This document shows, piece by piece, positions 10,901 through 19,142 of a stretch of DNA of 64,000 bases. Source of the stretch: an uncultured Clostridia bacterium (GTDB lineage: Bacteria; Bacillota; Clostridia; Christensenellales; UBA1242); the NCBI GenBank assembly GCA_944381145.1, contig CALWJZ010000002.1, positions 51,681-115,680 on the forward strand, read 5' to 3'. Position numbers and translations under genes: made by a program. The number at the start of each line of letters is the position of its first letter. Within the stretch, counting starts at the first letter, position 1. The notes below the pieces were generated by a model. That model ran no database searches. It saw only the letters and a program-made list of their open reading frames with translations, and had not been told where the DNA came from.

Positions 10901-11097
10901 TTACTAAAAGATATTACTGAAACATCAAAAAAACAAGGTTCATTTAATTCGTCAAATAACCTTTGTTCTAAGTTAAATAGAGTTCTATCAGGTGCAACTA
11001 TAATATTCTTTTTTGATTTATCCCTATTTTTCAATATTTTAAAAATTTCACGGTTGTTTTGTTCAGAAAATTTACCTGCAATTATGTTAATATTCAC
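7903..11097 (-). CDS. addB: Helicase-nuclease subunit AddB/RexB
   Basis: Directly upstream of and overlapping addA. Nuclease motif GCIDRIDVWNNNFIVIDYKTG. Fe-S ligand pattern C(FDCPYKYF)...C-x2-C-x5-C (SCDYCEYRGLC). GTG start at 11097. The N-terminal P-loop is degenerate (IIAGKFSEQN). Confidence 0.88.
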   Translation of the reverse strand: MNINIIAGKFSEQNNREIFKILKNRDKSKKNIIVAPDRTLFNLEQRLFDELNEPCFFDVSVISFSKLSKQLLSQHNSKKILTKQSGVALIKKLLIENKDNLEIFTKSTNFMGFANSLFETICLLKSCNISCEEVFVNDSRDYANLKQKDIKLIYTEYEKFLKNDYTDSFNQLKLFANLIDKDFCNNTCYYFVEFDDFTSLMYEIIAKLAKFSEKLYITCTYGKENNNSNIFSNKVYYDLIDLFKFKGLSFNINRLDNYQNKIEMILAQNLLSYEPEKLKINCENLNVTNFENVNDEIKYILADIYNKVIEQKELNFSDFALVVPSMQTYKNLIKEEINYYNIPYYFDENQLLCDHLLIRTIFDIFNLLYNDFSKSEFTSILKSKLLNFDFSDVLNYDNFLDKSGKKGWSCFEYQDIENKEILEFITYLKEWKEFANKEKCYEEYLNNIVLPIYNYITRKLDNFLSVLDPLQIRVFQQVMSKFESINNDFGGVFSKNVGNFDEFVETYKSYFQSTNISLPPITSNTLFVADFNSSYLSMYDYVYILGCNEGKLPSFKIDNGLVTDDEIAKLPNAKKINPTIAMLNMRKNFKLFDICFKARKKLYLSYVLTSSEGKLYPNNLVISFIKLFDLNVKDGSIKLNLINNALNNNYENFIFNNSTDSKIVDNILSCVKDWDIYEKMPQFRQMVSSLFRACKNPNIKILLENNKLVNIINDIENANLLNDNTTSISQIETYFDCPYKYFARYGLKANKKKDFELQPNDIGILIHKILKHTISIILQNKSLDFIKNDAKKYLDFLLNSNEYKLIKDNPINAYILKALYREIDRICEGIFNEINVSSYKPNINFLEYNFETNKLIKGIKIKGCIDRIDVWNNNFIVIDYKTGDSNFDNYNDVFSGKKLQLLIYARAFELEKKLKPTGVFYLPINNNIKKTKEDYYKFRGVTLNSKNNLYAIDNNLLNSNYKSFVINLSTTKDAEFYKNNFYNRLCLSEDDFDYLLNYAIKKVENAVNNITKGKISPSPLKDGQKLSCDYCEYRGLCNYLNNNERKVVDIKTIEDLKNKEKEHD

Positions 11098-11169
11098 GTA
11101 ACAATCTCCTAATGTATTTTAGCAAATATTTACATTTTTTTCAACCATTCATACTCTTTAAAAATTTTT

Positions 11170-11496
11170 TTATAAATTTTTCATTTTTTTTATTTCATAT
11201 TCAAGTTTTGCAATTTTATTTAAATATTTTTCTTCTATTTTCATTTCAGTATTTTTCTTAATTAGGTTAACTACACCAAAAAACAAATTCATGATATCAT
11301 CATCTGAAATTAATTGGTTTGGATTTTTAAACTTCATTATTCTTTTTTTGAAATAAAAAACTAAATTTTGTGAAACTGTATTTGAATTTTTCATATAATA
11401 ATTATTTCCACTAATCATATAATTTTTCACTATATCATATATTTTTTTAAAATAAATAAAAAAAGGAAAGTTAATATGCAAGAAAATTTTCTTCAT
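11170..11496 (-). CDS. Hypothetical small protein upstream of addB (start uncertain)
   Basis: ORF only. The C-terminal half is coiled-coil-like (KIEEKYLNKIAKLEYEIKKMKNL). The 5' end overlaps the divergent gene start, so internal ATGs at 11418 or 11394 are equally plausible. Confidence 0.3.
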   Translation of the reverse strand: MKKIFLHINFPFFIYFKKIYDIVKNYMISGNNYYMKNSNTVSQNLVFYFKKRIMKFKNPNQLISDDDIMNLFFGVVNLIKKNTEMKIEEKYLNKIAKLEYEIKKMKNL

Positions 11497-12435
11497 CTTC
11501 TAAGCCTATGTCCTTGCTCACTACAAATAAATGGACAAGATATTGGATATATTGATAATAAAAATGTACTAGAATTAGATTTAATAACAAAAACAGAAAA
11601 ACTATTTGTAAATTATACTCCTATTACATATAAAAAAAACATAATACCTTTTTCATTTGAATTAGATACATCTAATTATCCTACTACAGAAAATGAATAT
11701 ATCAAAATCATACCTTTTCCTAACAACAATTATGATATAATAATGAAGCCATTTTACTATTATCAATTAGAAAATTCAAATGTTATATTTAATCAAAATG
11801 TAGGCAAATATTTTATATCAATATTAAGCGAAAATTCAACTAAGATTACTATATTTAGTGGTGCAAGTATTGTATTTACAATCAACACTGTTTTGCTAAA
11901 AAGTGCAAAAGCTGAATTAAAAAAAGATATACTTATAATTGAGGGTATAATTGATAGTGATAACTATTATCTTTTGGTAATAGATACTAGTGATTTTTCT
12001 ATTTTGCATAATGATATTGTTCAATCAATAGAAAATACAGATTCCTATATTCAATCATTGAAAAATTTACATGATATTTCTCATCATGCATTTGTTTGTA
12101 AAATTGAATTTGCTAATAAAAATAAGCAATATTACCACGTTTATGAAAATAACATAAGTTGTGAACCTTTAAGCCCATATTTGATTCCTCAAGACTTCTT
12201 GGAATGTTTAATTTCAAATGATGAACCAAAAGCAAAAAAACATCTAGATAACAAATTTAACAACTCAAATATAGCACAGTTCAAAAACTATTTTGGAGAG
12301 ATTAAAGAAATATATTTAAATAGACATAATGTCATGCAAGACAAATTAAATTATACTATTAAATCAGAAACTTATAAGAATTATAATTTCATAATGAAAA
12401 ATAATAAAATATTTGAAATCGAAGAAATATTTTAA
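11476..12435 (+). CDS. Hypothetical protein (319 aa), no recognised domain
   Basis: Long ORF in AT-rich DNA with an AAGGAAAG SD before the ATG. No signal peptide or motif recognised. Confidence 0.5.
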   Translation: MQENFLHLLSLCPCSLQINGQDIGYIDNKNVLELDLITKTEKLFVNYTPITYKKNIIPFSFELDTSNYPTTENEYIKIIPFPNNNYDIIMKPFYYYQLENSNVIFNQNVGKYFISILSENSTKITIFSGASIVFTINTVLLKSAKAELKKDILIIEGIIDSDNYYLLVIDTSDFSILHNDIVQSIENTDSYIQSLKNLHDISHHAFVCKIEFANKNKQYYHVYENNISCEPLSPYLIPQDFLECLISNDEPKAKKHLDNKFNNSNIAQFKNYFGEIKEIYLNRHNVMQDKLNYTIKSETYKNYNFIMKNNKIFEIEEIF

Positions 12436-12516
12436 TATTATTTTTTATCTTATTATTTGCTAAATTTTTGATGTTTGATATATAATACTTATGTAGAATA
12501 TAGAAAAAGGAATAAA

Positions 12517-13224
12517 ATGTTAGACAAATATCAAATAATTGCAATAATATTGGTTATAATTTTAATAATGTTTATAATTGTTCTTACTAGCAAGAAAAGA
12601 ATAATTAAAACTTATGAAAAATATTTACGTGTAAACAATAAATCTAATTTAACAGGGAAACAACTTGCATTTTTATCAAAGCAAAATTTAGAATTATACG
12701 ATTTGCAATTTGCTTTAACAGATGTAAAATTAGGAGATGCATATAGTCCAAAGTATAATACTTTGATTTTGAGCGAAGATGTAGCTAATACAGCATCACT
12801 ATCATCACTAGCTATTGTTGCTCATGAAATTGGACATGCAGTACAACATAAAAATAATTCATTTCTTTTTGTATTATCTCAATTTTTCAACTTTATAACT
12901 AAATTCACAAACAAACTAATTTTACCACTACTCGTAGTAGGTTTATTATTTTTTATATTAAAATACCCTACTGACAATTTAGGCGAAATTTTGATGATAA
13001 TTTCTGGTTGTTTATTTGCATTACATGTTATAAGATTATTATTAAATATTCCATTAGAGTATGAAGCAAGTCGAAATGCTCTAAAATATCTAAAAGATTA
13101 TAATTATGTATCTCCTAGCGAATACAAAAAAGCAAAAAAATTATTAAGTACAGCTGCTCAAACTTATATAGCAAGTTTATTTGACGACTTATTAATATTT
13201 AGTAAAAAAAGGAAAATAAAATAA
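12517..13224 (+). CDS. Membrane Zn-metallopeptidase (Zn_peptidase_2 / YpfJ-unrelated neutral zinc peptidase family), copy 1
   Basis: HEIGHAVQH zinc motif, N-terminal TM helix and C-terminal TM pair. The track start at 12475 is a TTG lying inside a likely promoter (TTGCTA-18-TATAAT, 12457-12486); I prefer the ATG at 12517 with an AAAGGA SD. Confidence 0.75.
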   Translation: MLDKYQIIAIILVIILIMFIIVLTSKKRIIKTYEKYLRVNNKSNLTGKQLAFLSKQNLELYDLQFALTDVKLGDAYSPKYNTLILSEDVANTASLSSLAIVAHEIGHAVQHKNNSFLFVLSQFFNFITKFTNKLILPLLVVGLLFFILKYPTDNLGEILMIISGCLFALHVIRLLLNIPLEYEASRNALKYLKDYNYVSPSEYKKAKKLLSTAAQTYIASLFDDLLIFSKKRKIK

Positions 13225-13922
13225 TGTATTGGGATTATTATATAATGGGTATTATACTATTACCGGGTATTATACTCGCAATATATGCACAAATAAAAGT
13301 TAATAACAATTTTCAAAAATATTCAGAAGTTTTTTCAAGTTGTGGGAAAAGTGCAAGCGAAGTTGCAAGAATGTTTCTGGATTTAGCAGGATTAAAAGAT
13401 ATAAAAATTATTAAAACACAAGGTATGCTAACAGACTATTATAATCATTCAAAAAAAGTCATTGCATTGAGTGAACAAGTTTATGATAGTCAATCTATTT
13501 CTGCAATAGGAGTAGCTTGTCACGAGGTTGGTCATGCTTTGCAATACAAATCAAATTATTTACCTATTAAAATTAGAAATTTAATTATTCCAATATGTAA
13601 CTTCGCAAATAATATGTTGTGGATACTAATTATCTTAGGTGCAATATTTTTCTATACAAATTTAGGCATTATATTTTTATGGATTGGTGTTGGTATTTTT
13701 GCATTATCAGTTCTTTTAAATTTAATCACATTGCCAGTCGAGTATAATGCAAGTAATCGGGCATTAAAAGTTTTGCACCAAAGTACTCTTTTCAATGACG
13801 AAGAAACAAAATGTGCAAAAAAAGTTTTGTATTCAGCAGCATTAACGTATGTAGCAAGTTTAATAATTTCTATACTCAACTTGCTTAGATTAGTACTTGT
13901 AATAAATAGAAGACATGATTAA
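13224..13922 (+). CDS. Membrane Zn-metallopeptidase (same family), copy 2
   Basis: LLPGIILAIYAQIKVNNNFQKYSEV...GMLTDYYNHSKKVIALSEQVYDSQSISAIGVACHEVGHALQY is the canonical family layout. The ATG overlaps the upstream stop by 1 nt (TAATG at 13222-13226). Confidence 0.8.
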   Translation: MYWDYYIMGIILLPGIILAIYAQIKVNNNFQKYSEVFSSCGKSASEVARMFLDLAGLKDIKIIKTQGMLTDYYNHSKKVIALSEQVYDSQSISAIGVACHEVGHALQYKSNYLPIKIRNLIIPICNFANNMLWILIILGAIFFYTNLGIIFLWIGVGIFALSVLLNLITLPVEYNASNRALKVLHQSTLFNDEETKCAKKVLYSAALTYVASLIISILNLLRLVLVINRRHD

Positions 13923-13961
13923 AAAAAATGTAAATTACCATTATTTGGTAATTTACTTTTT

Positions 13962-14282
13962 TTATGGCTCGATATTTGTAATGCATACCCCTGAATTTTT
14001 ACCATTCATAACACTAATTCCGTTAGCTTTGCAAATTCCATGTTCATTAAATAAACATTCAGCTGAACACTCAATACTTAAGTTTTTGTTATGCCTAAAA
14101 GGATGTATTTCAGGAGCAACTTCAAACATATCACGACTTATATCTTGATGTTGTTTTTTGTCCAAATTATTAGATTTTTCAAAAGTTGCACATTCACAAA
14201 GTTTATTAATATTGATTGCTTTACTCATACATGCACAACTATTATTGAATTTACAATTCATTTTTTTACATTTTAGATCCAT
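13962..14282 (-). CDS. DUF1540 cysteine-rich protein (106 aa)
   Basis: Two Cys-rich half-domains (CKKMNCKFNNSCACMSKAININ; IECSAECLFNEHGICKANGISV), typical of DUF1540. GGGAGAG SD. Confidence 0.65.
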   Translation of the reverse strand: MDLKCKKMNCKFNNSCACMSKAININKLCECATFEKSNNLDKKQHQDISRDMFEVAPEIHPFRHNKNLSIECSAECLFNEHGICKANGISVMNGKNSGVCITNIEP

Positions 14283-14444
14283 AGATTCTCTCCCAAAATT
14301 GATAAATTTATGCTAAATTATTATACTTAGTATATGAATTATTGTAATAAAAATAACTAATATTTAAGCTTAATATTATATAATCGACTTTTTAATTTTT
14401 TTTATACAATTGCAATATGAAATTATATTGTGTATAAAAAATAA

Positions 14445-14473
14445 TTGACAAAATAATTGTATTCACATAAACT
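14445..14473 (+). promoter_or_regulatory. Sigma-A-type promoter of rplI (TTGACA-17-TAAACT)
   Basis: TTGACA 14445-14450, 17-nt spacer, TAAACT 14468-14473. AGGAGA SD and the ATG at 14502 lie downstream. Confidence 0.55.
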
Positions 14474-14501
14474 ATTTTTAGAAAATCTATAGGAGAATTA
14501 T

Positions 14502-14939
14502 ATGAAAGTAGTATTACTAAAAGATTTAAAAGGCAAAGGTAAAAAAGGTGATATTATAAATATTGCTGATGGTTATGCATTAAATTTTTTAATACCACAA
14601 GGTATTGCAAAAGCTGGAACATCTAGCAATTTAAATGAAGCAAAACAAGCAAAACAAGCTCAAGAATATCATGACGAACAAAATAAGTTAAAAGCTTATG
14701 AACTCAAAAAGGTTATTGATCAATTAGAAATATCTATAAAAGTTAACTGTGGATCAAATGGCAAAATATTTGGATCGGTTACAAATAAAGAAGTTGCCGA
14801 CGAACTAGAAAAACAGAATATAATTATTGATAAGAAAAAAATTGAATTGGAAACTATAAAAACAACTGGAACATTTACAGCTAAGATAAAACTTTACCCT
14901 AACATTCAAGCAAATTTAAAAGTAAATATCATTTCTTAA
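14502..14939 (+). CDS. rplI: 50S ribosomal protein L9
   Basis: [36 protein letters not shown] is the conserved L9 N-domain; the length of 145 aa fits. Confidence 0.95.
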   Translation: MKVVLLKDLKGKGKKGDIINIADGYALNFLIPQGIAKAGTSSNLNEAKQAKQAQEYHDEQNKLKAYELKKVIDQLEISIKVNCGSNGKIFGSVTNKEVADELEKQNIIIDKKKIELETIKTTGTFTAKIKLYPNIQANLKVNIIS

Positions 14940-14941
14940 AT

Positions 14942-14980
14942 AAAAAAGCAACTTAAAAATAATTTTTAAGTTGCTTTTTT
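14942..14980. terminator. Bidirectional terminator shared by convergent rplI and rplL
   Basis: gcaacttaaaa (14948-14958) pairs with ttttaagttgc (14964-14974), flanked by A6 and T6. Confidence 0.75.
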
Positions 14981-14992
14981 CTAAATGGATAA

Positions 14993-15364
14993 TTATTTAA
15001 GTTCTACAGTTGCTCCAGCTTCTTTTAATTTAGCTTCGATTTCTTTAGCTTCTTCAGTAGGAACATTTTGTTTTAATTCCTTTGGAGCGCCATCAACTAA
15101 AGCTTTTGCTTCGCCTAATCCTAGACCTGTAATTTCTTTTACAACTTTGATTACAGCTATCTTATTAGCTCCAGCTTCTTTAAGAACTACTGTAAATTCA
15201 CTCTTTTCTTCAGCAACAGGAGCAGCACCTGCAGCAGCGCCCATAACAGCAACAGGAGCAGCAGCACTAACACCGAATTCCTCTTCTAACATTTTTACTA
15301 ATTCACTTACTTCCATAACAGAAAGTTTTTTAATTTCTTCAACAAATGATTTTAAATCTGCCAT
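14993..15364 (-). CDS. rplL: 50S ribosomal protein L7/L12
   Basis: Full-length match to the L7/L12 layout: N-terminal dimerisation helix, Ala-rich hinge, and C-terminal domain [28 protein letters not shown]. Confidence 0.97.
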   Translation of the reverse strand: MADLKSFVEEIKKLSVMEVSELVKMLEEEFGVSAAAPVAVMGAAAGAAPVAEEKSEFTVVLKEAGANKIAVIKVVKEITGLGLGEAKALVDGAPKELKQNVPTEEAKEIEAKLKEAGATVELK

Positions 15365-15391
15365 TTTTATTTTCTCCTTATAATTTATATT

Positions 15392-15880
15392 TTAATTTTG
15401 CTTCTCAGCAATTGCATTTAATGCTCTAGCCAAAGCTGAAATTGGAGCATTAAGAGTACCAAGCAATGTAGCAATAAGAATATCTTTTGAAGGTATTTTT
15501 GATAATTCTTCTACTTGGGCTTTGTTCATTATTTGACCATTAACAATACCAAATTTAATAGCCATTTTGTCTAAATCTTTTTGATGTTTACAGAAAATTC
15601 TAGCAGGAGCAACTTCATCGTCACTAAAAGCAACAGCTGTCGTTCCTTCAAACATTTTTGCATCATAACCAGTAATTCCCAAACCATCTAAAGCTCTTAC
15701 AAGTAATCTATTTTTCAAAACTTTGTAATTTACATTGTTTTCTCTGAATTCTTTTCTAAGAGCAGTATCTTCGGCAACAGTAATACCACGATAATCAACA
15801 AAAATGATTGATTTTGCTTTGCTAAAGTTAGACTTAATTTCTTCTACTAATTCTTTCTTAAGTTCTAAATTTGCGCTCAA
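15392..15880 (-). CDS. rplJ: 50S ribosomal protein L10 (TTG start)
   Basis: L10 family throughout. GGAGGA (15888-15893) lies 7 nt before an in-frame TTG at 15880, giving MSANLELKKELVEEI, which aligns with the usual L10 N-terminus. The track ATG at 15895 sits inside the SD and has no SD of its own. Confidence 0.9.
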   Translation of the reverse strand: MSANLELKKELVEEIKSNFSKAKSIIFVDYRGITVAEDTALRKEFRENNVNYKVLKNRLLVRALDGLGITGYDAKMFEGTTAVAFSDDEVAPARIFCKHQKDLDKMAIKFGIVNGQIMNKAQVEELSKIPSKDILIATLLGTLNAPISALARALNAIAEKQN

Positions 15881-16040
15881 AACAATATCCTCCATTTAGT
15901 TATTAAAAACAAAACATCTCATGCCTAACTAAGACATGAGATGATAGAATCAACTCTAATTATCTTCCTCGGCAAGCGTTTTTAAAAACATTATGACTTC
16001 GTCACTTGCTGTCTTAGGCATATCAATATTCAATTTTCAA
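15881..16040 (-). promoter_or_regulatory. rplJ 5' leader (L10-leader-type autoregulatory region)
   Basis: A leader of about 158 nt lies between the mapped promoter and the TTG start. It contains a GC-containing upstream structure (gcctaagacagcaagtgacgaagtc...cttgccgagg) and a terminator-like attenuator. The position is as in the Firmicute L10 leader. Confidence 0.5.
15904..15943 (-). terminator. Intrinsic-terminator-like attenuator inside the rplJ leader
   Basis: Perfect 9-bp stem catctcatg (15915-15923) / catgagatg (15935-15943) with an 11-nt loop. TTTTGTTTTT follows on the minus strand, just upstream of the SD. Confidence 0.6.
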
Positions 16041-16045
16041 GCATT

Positions 16046-16074
16046 AGTATACAATATTTTTTTTAATGTGTCAA
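16046..16074 (-). promoter_or_regulatory. Sigma-A-type promoter of rplJ-rplL (TTGACA-17-TATACT)
   Basis: On the minus strand: TTGACA (16074-16069), 17-nt spacer cattaaaaaaaatattg, TATACT (16051-16046). Confidence 0.55.
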
Positions 16075-16131
16075 TAGAAAAATGAAATAAATTAAAAAAG
16101 TATAATTTTAACTGAATTTTTTTATAAAAGT

Positions 16132-17706
16132 TTATGTATCCAAATCTATAAATTCATCATAAGTAATGTATTTATCAAAAACTTTTTTATCAGTGATTTT
16201 AATAATTCTATTACAAACCGTTTGCATTAATTCCTGGTCATGTGAAGTTAATAACAAATTACCTTTATAATTAATTAAACCTTTGTTTAATGCCGTAATA
16301 CTTTCTAAGTCCAAATGATTTGTTGGTTCATCAAAAATCAAAAGATTACCTGATGTTAACATCATTTTTGCCAACATGCATCTAACTTTTTCTCCACCAC
16401 TAATAACTTTGGCTTTCTTTAAACCTTCTTCACCAGAAAATAGCATACGCCCTAGCCAAGAACGAAGATATGTTTGCTCTTTTTCTTTTGAAAACTGACC
16501 TAACCAATCAACTAAAGAAAGATTACAATTATCAAAATAAGAATTGAAGTTTTGAGGTAGATATGAAAATGTAATTGTTTTACCCCATTTGATTGTTCCT
16601 GTATAATCTGTATCTATACCAGCAATTATATTAAATAATGTACTTATTGTTGTTGATTTATCACTAACTATACCAATCTTATCATTTTTATTTACTACAA
16701 AACTTACATTATTAAAAACACCTGGCTTAGATAGATTTTCTACAATTAATATATCATTACCTGCTTCTCTATCCATTTCAAAATTTATATAAGGATATTT
16801 TCTGTTACTAGGTTTTATATCATTTAATGTTAATTTTTCAAGTTCTTTTTTTCTACTTGTTGCTTGTCTGCTTTTACTAGCATTTGCAGAGAATCTTGCA
16901 ATAAATTCTTGTAATTCTTTAGCTCTTGCTTCCATTTTTTTGTTTGCTTCTTTCTGTTGTCTAAGAAGTAATTGACTAGTTTCGTACCAAAAATCGTAAT
17001 TACCCAAATATATATTTATTTTACCATAATCCACATCGCAAATATGAGTGCAAACATTATTCAAAAAATGTCTATTGTGTGAAACGATAATTAATATATT
17101 TTCAAAATTTATTAAAAATTCTTCTAGCCATCGAACAGATTTTATATCCAAATTATTTGTAGGTTCATCTAAAATCAAAATATCTGGATTACCAAATAAA
17201 GCCTGAGCCAAAAGAACTTTTACTTTCAAAGGAGCATCTAACGCGCCCATCATTGAATAATGCAAAGATGTATCAATACCTAATCCATTAAGCAAAATTC
17301 CTGCATCACTTTCAGCTTCCCAACCTCCAAGTTCAGCAAATTCAGCTTCGAGCTCTGCTGCTTTCATTCCATCTTGTTCATTAAAATCTGGTTTGGCATA
17401 TAGTTCATCTTTTTCTTTCATTATTTCAACTAATCTTTTGTGTCCATGCAATACTGTGTCCATTACAGTAAAATCATTGAAAGCTTCTTGATTTTGATTA
17501 AGAACTGACATTCTTTCACCAGGAGAAATAATCACTTCTCCTTTTTGAGGCTGTATTTCTCCCGATAAAACTTTTAAAAAAGTTGATTTACCAGCTCCAT
17601 TTGCCCCAATTATTCCATAGCAATTACCTTTTGTAAATTTTAAATTTACTTCATCAAAAAGTTTGTGACTTCCAAATTGTACACATACATTATTTACTTG
17701 TATCAT
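16132..17706 (-). CDS. ABC-F family ATPase (YbiT/YkpA-like translation factor), second ATP site degenerate
   Basis: Two ABC cassettes with no TM domain. NBD1: GANGAGKST and ILILDEPTNNLD. ABC-F linker RFSANASKSRQATSRKKELEKL. NBD2: SGGEKVR and LLIFDEPTNHLD, but its P-loop reads SDKSTTIST. AAGGAGAA SD. Confidence 0.9.
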   Translation of the reverse strand: MIQVNNVCVQFGSHKLFDEVNLKFTKGNCYGIIGANGAGKSTFLKVLSGEIQPQKGEVIISPGERMSVLNQNQEAFNDFTVMDTVLHGHKRLVEIMKEKDELYAKPDFNEQDGMKAAELEAEFAELGGWEAESDAGILLNGLGIDTSLHYSMMGALDAPLKVKVLLAQALFGNPDILILDEPTNNLDIKSVRWLEEFLINFENILIIVSHNRHFLNNVCTHICDVDYGKINIYLGNYDFWYETSQLLLRQQKEANKKMEARAKELQEFIARFSANASKSRQATSRKKELEKLTLNDIKPSNRKYPYINFEMDREAGNDILIVENLSKPGVFNNVSFVVNKNDKIGIVSDKSTTISTLFNIIAGIDTDYTGTIKWGKTITFSYLPQNFNSYFDNCNLSLVDWLGQFSKEKEQTYLRSWLGRMLFSGEEGLKKAKVISGGEKVRCMLAKMMLTSGNLLIFDEPTNHLDLESITALNKGLINYKGNLLLTSHDQELMQTVCNRIIKITDKKVFDKYITYDEFIDLDT

Positions 17707-17874
17707 AATTCTCCTTAAAAATGCTTGTTTTATTTAATTAAAATAAATATTTAAGATATAAAATATTATATATAATGAATAATTTTGGTAGTTAAAAATA
17801 ATTTTCTCAAATAAATAATATTTAATAAAATTATATAAAAATTATATATTTGTTTAAATATAATGCACAAAATT

Positions 17875-17903
17875 AGTTTAACTGAATTGATATTTTATGT
17901 CAA
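17875..17903 (-). promoter_or_regulatory. Sigma-A-type promoter of the ABC-F gene (TTGACA-17-TAAACT)
   Basis: On the minus strand: TTGACA (17903-17898), 17-nt spacer, TAAACT (17880-17875). This leaves an AT-rich leader of about 160 nt. Confidence 0.5.
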
Positions 17904-17924
17904 GATAAAATCGAAGTTCATAGC

Positions 17925-17971
17925 AATAAAAAAAACAAATATTTTTGATATAAAAACCAAAATATTTGTTT
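17925..17971 (-). terminator. Weak AT-rich hairpin terminator after rplA
   Basis: 13-bp stem 17933-17945 / 17959-17971 (aaacaaatatttt / aaaatatttgttt) followed by T8 on the minus strand. Only one G:C pair, so it is weak. Confidence 0.4.
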
Positions 17972-17976
17972 CTTTA

Positions 17977-18657
17977 TTAGTATTGCACTTTGATTCCAGG
18001 TCCCATTGTGCTTGAAACTGAAACACTTCTGATATAAGTACCTTTTGCAGCAGCAGGTTTAGCTTTAATAATAGCGTCCATTACTGTTTTTAAGTTCTCA
18101 GCAAGTTTTTCTGCTCCAAATGAAACTTTACCAATCATAACATGAATAATATTATTTTTATCTAATCTATATTCAACTTTTCCGGCTTTGATTTCAGCAA
18201 TAGCTTTAGTCAAATCAGTTGTAACTGTTCCACTTTTTGGATTAGGCATCAAACCTTTTGGTCCAAGAATCTTTGCAATTCTGCCGATTACTGGCATCAT
18301 GTCAGGAGTTGTTACACAAACATCAAACCCAAACCAATTTTGAGATTGAATTTTTGTAACCATATCCTCAGCGCCAACAAAATCAGCACCTGCTTTTTTT
18401 GCTATTTCAGCATTATCGCCTTTAGCAAAAACTAAAATTTTCTTAGTTTTACCAGTTCCATGTGGCAAAACAACTACGCCTCTTACTTGCTGATCAGCGT
18501 TTCTACCATCTACACCTAACTTTACATGCAATTCAACTGTTTCATCAAATTTTGCACTTGCTGTTTTTACAGCTAGGTCTAGTGCATCAGCTACAGAATA
18601 TTGTGTAGCTTTGTCTACTAATTTAGCAGACTCTATGTATCTTTTACCTTTTTTCAT
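17977..18657 (-). CDS. rplA: 50S ribosomal protein L1
   Basis: MKKGKRY...[14 protein letters not shown]...[15 protein letters not shown]...[12 protein letters not shown] is conserved L1 sequence. Confidence 0.97.
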   Translation of the reverse strand: MKKGKRYIESAKLVDKATQYSVADALDLAVKTASAKFDETVELHVKLGVDGRNADQQVRGVVVLPHGTGKTKKILVFAKGDNAEIAKKAGADFVGAEDMVTKIQSQNWFGFDVCVTTPDMMPVIGRIAKILGPKGLMPNPKSGTVTTDLTKAIAEIKAGKVEYRLDKNNIIHVMIGKVSFGAEKLAENLKTVMDAIIKAKPAAAKGTYIRSVSVSSTMGPGIKVQY

Positions 18658-18713
18658 ATTTCTTCTCCTTGTGGTTATAATGAATAAATTACAAAAAATT
18701 TTTATTCTCCCAC

Positions 18714-19142
18714 TTAATCAACTACCGTAACACCCATGCTTCTGCAAGTTCCTTCGATCATGCTCATAGCAGTCTCAAGAGTTGCGGCATTTAGGTCTGG
18801 CATTTTTAATTCTGCAATTTCTTTAATTTGTGCACGTGTAATTTTAGCAACTTTTGTTTTAATTGAATTTGGTGAACCACTTTCGATTCCACAAGCTTTT
18901 TTAATCAAAACAGGTGCTGGTGGTGTTTTTAGCACAAATGTAAATGATCTGTCAGCATATATAGTTACAACAACTGGTATAATTAATCCTTCTTTTGAAG
19001 CTGTTTTTTCATTAAATTCTTTAGTAAATGATGGAATATTAATACCGTAAGGTCCAAGAGAACTACCTACTGGTGGAGCTGCTGTTGCTTTTCCTGCTGG
19101 TAATTGCAATTTAACAACTGCGTTTATTTTCTTTTCTGCCAT
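18714..19142 (-). CDS. rplK: 50S ribosomal protein L11
   Basis: [36 protein letters not shown]... starts at the ATG 19142, 7 nt after GGAGGA. The 36 extra N-terminal codons in the track ORF are non-homologous read-through of the leader. Confidence 0.95.
   Translation of the reverse strand: MAEKKINAVVKLQLPAGKATAAPPVGSSLGPYGINIPSFTKEFNEKTASKEGLIIPVVVTIYADRSFTFVLKTPPAPVLIKKACGIESGSPNSIKTKVAKITRAQIKEIAELKMPDLNAATLETAMSMIEGTCRSMGVTVVD

Noticed and set aside
12475-12516. TTG start at 12475 for the first Zn-peptidase, and TTG start at 1427 for the SPFH protein
   Set aside because: The 12475 TTG sits inside a TTGCTA-18-TATAAT promoter-like element, and the downstream ATG at 12517 has an SD. The 1427 TTG adds 13 non-conserved residues before a typical MG(I/L)... 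family N-terminus. Both calls remain uncertain.
13915-14276. Plus-strand ORFs 13915-14148 and 14091-14276
   Set aside because: They are antisense to the DUF1540 gene, which has a good SD and family-typical Cys pattern.
14985-15383. 132-aa plus-strand ORF rich in Ala/Ser/Thr
   Set aside because: It is exactly antisense to rplL. Its composition is the complement of the Ala/Glu/Lys-rich L7/L12 sequence.
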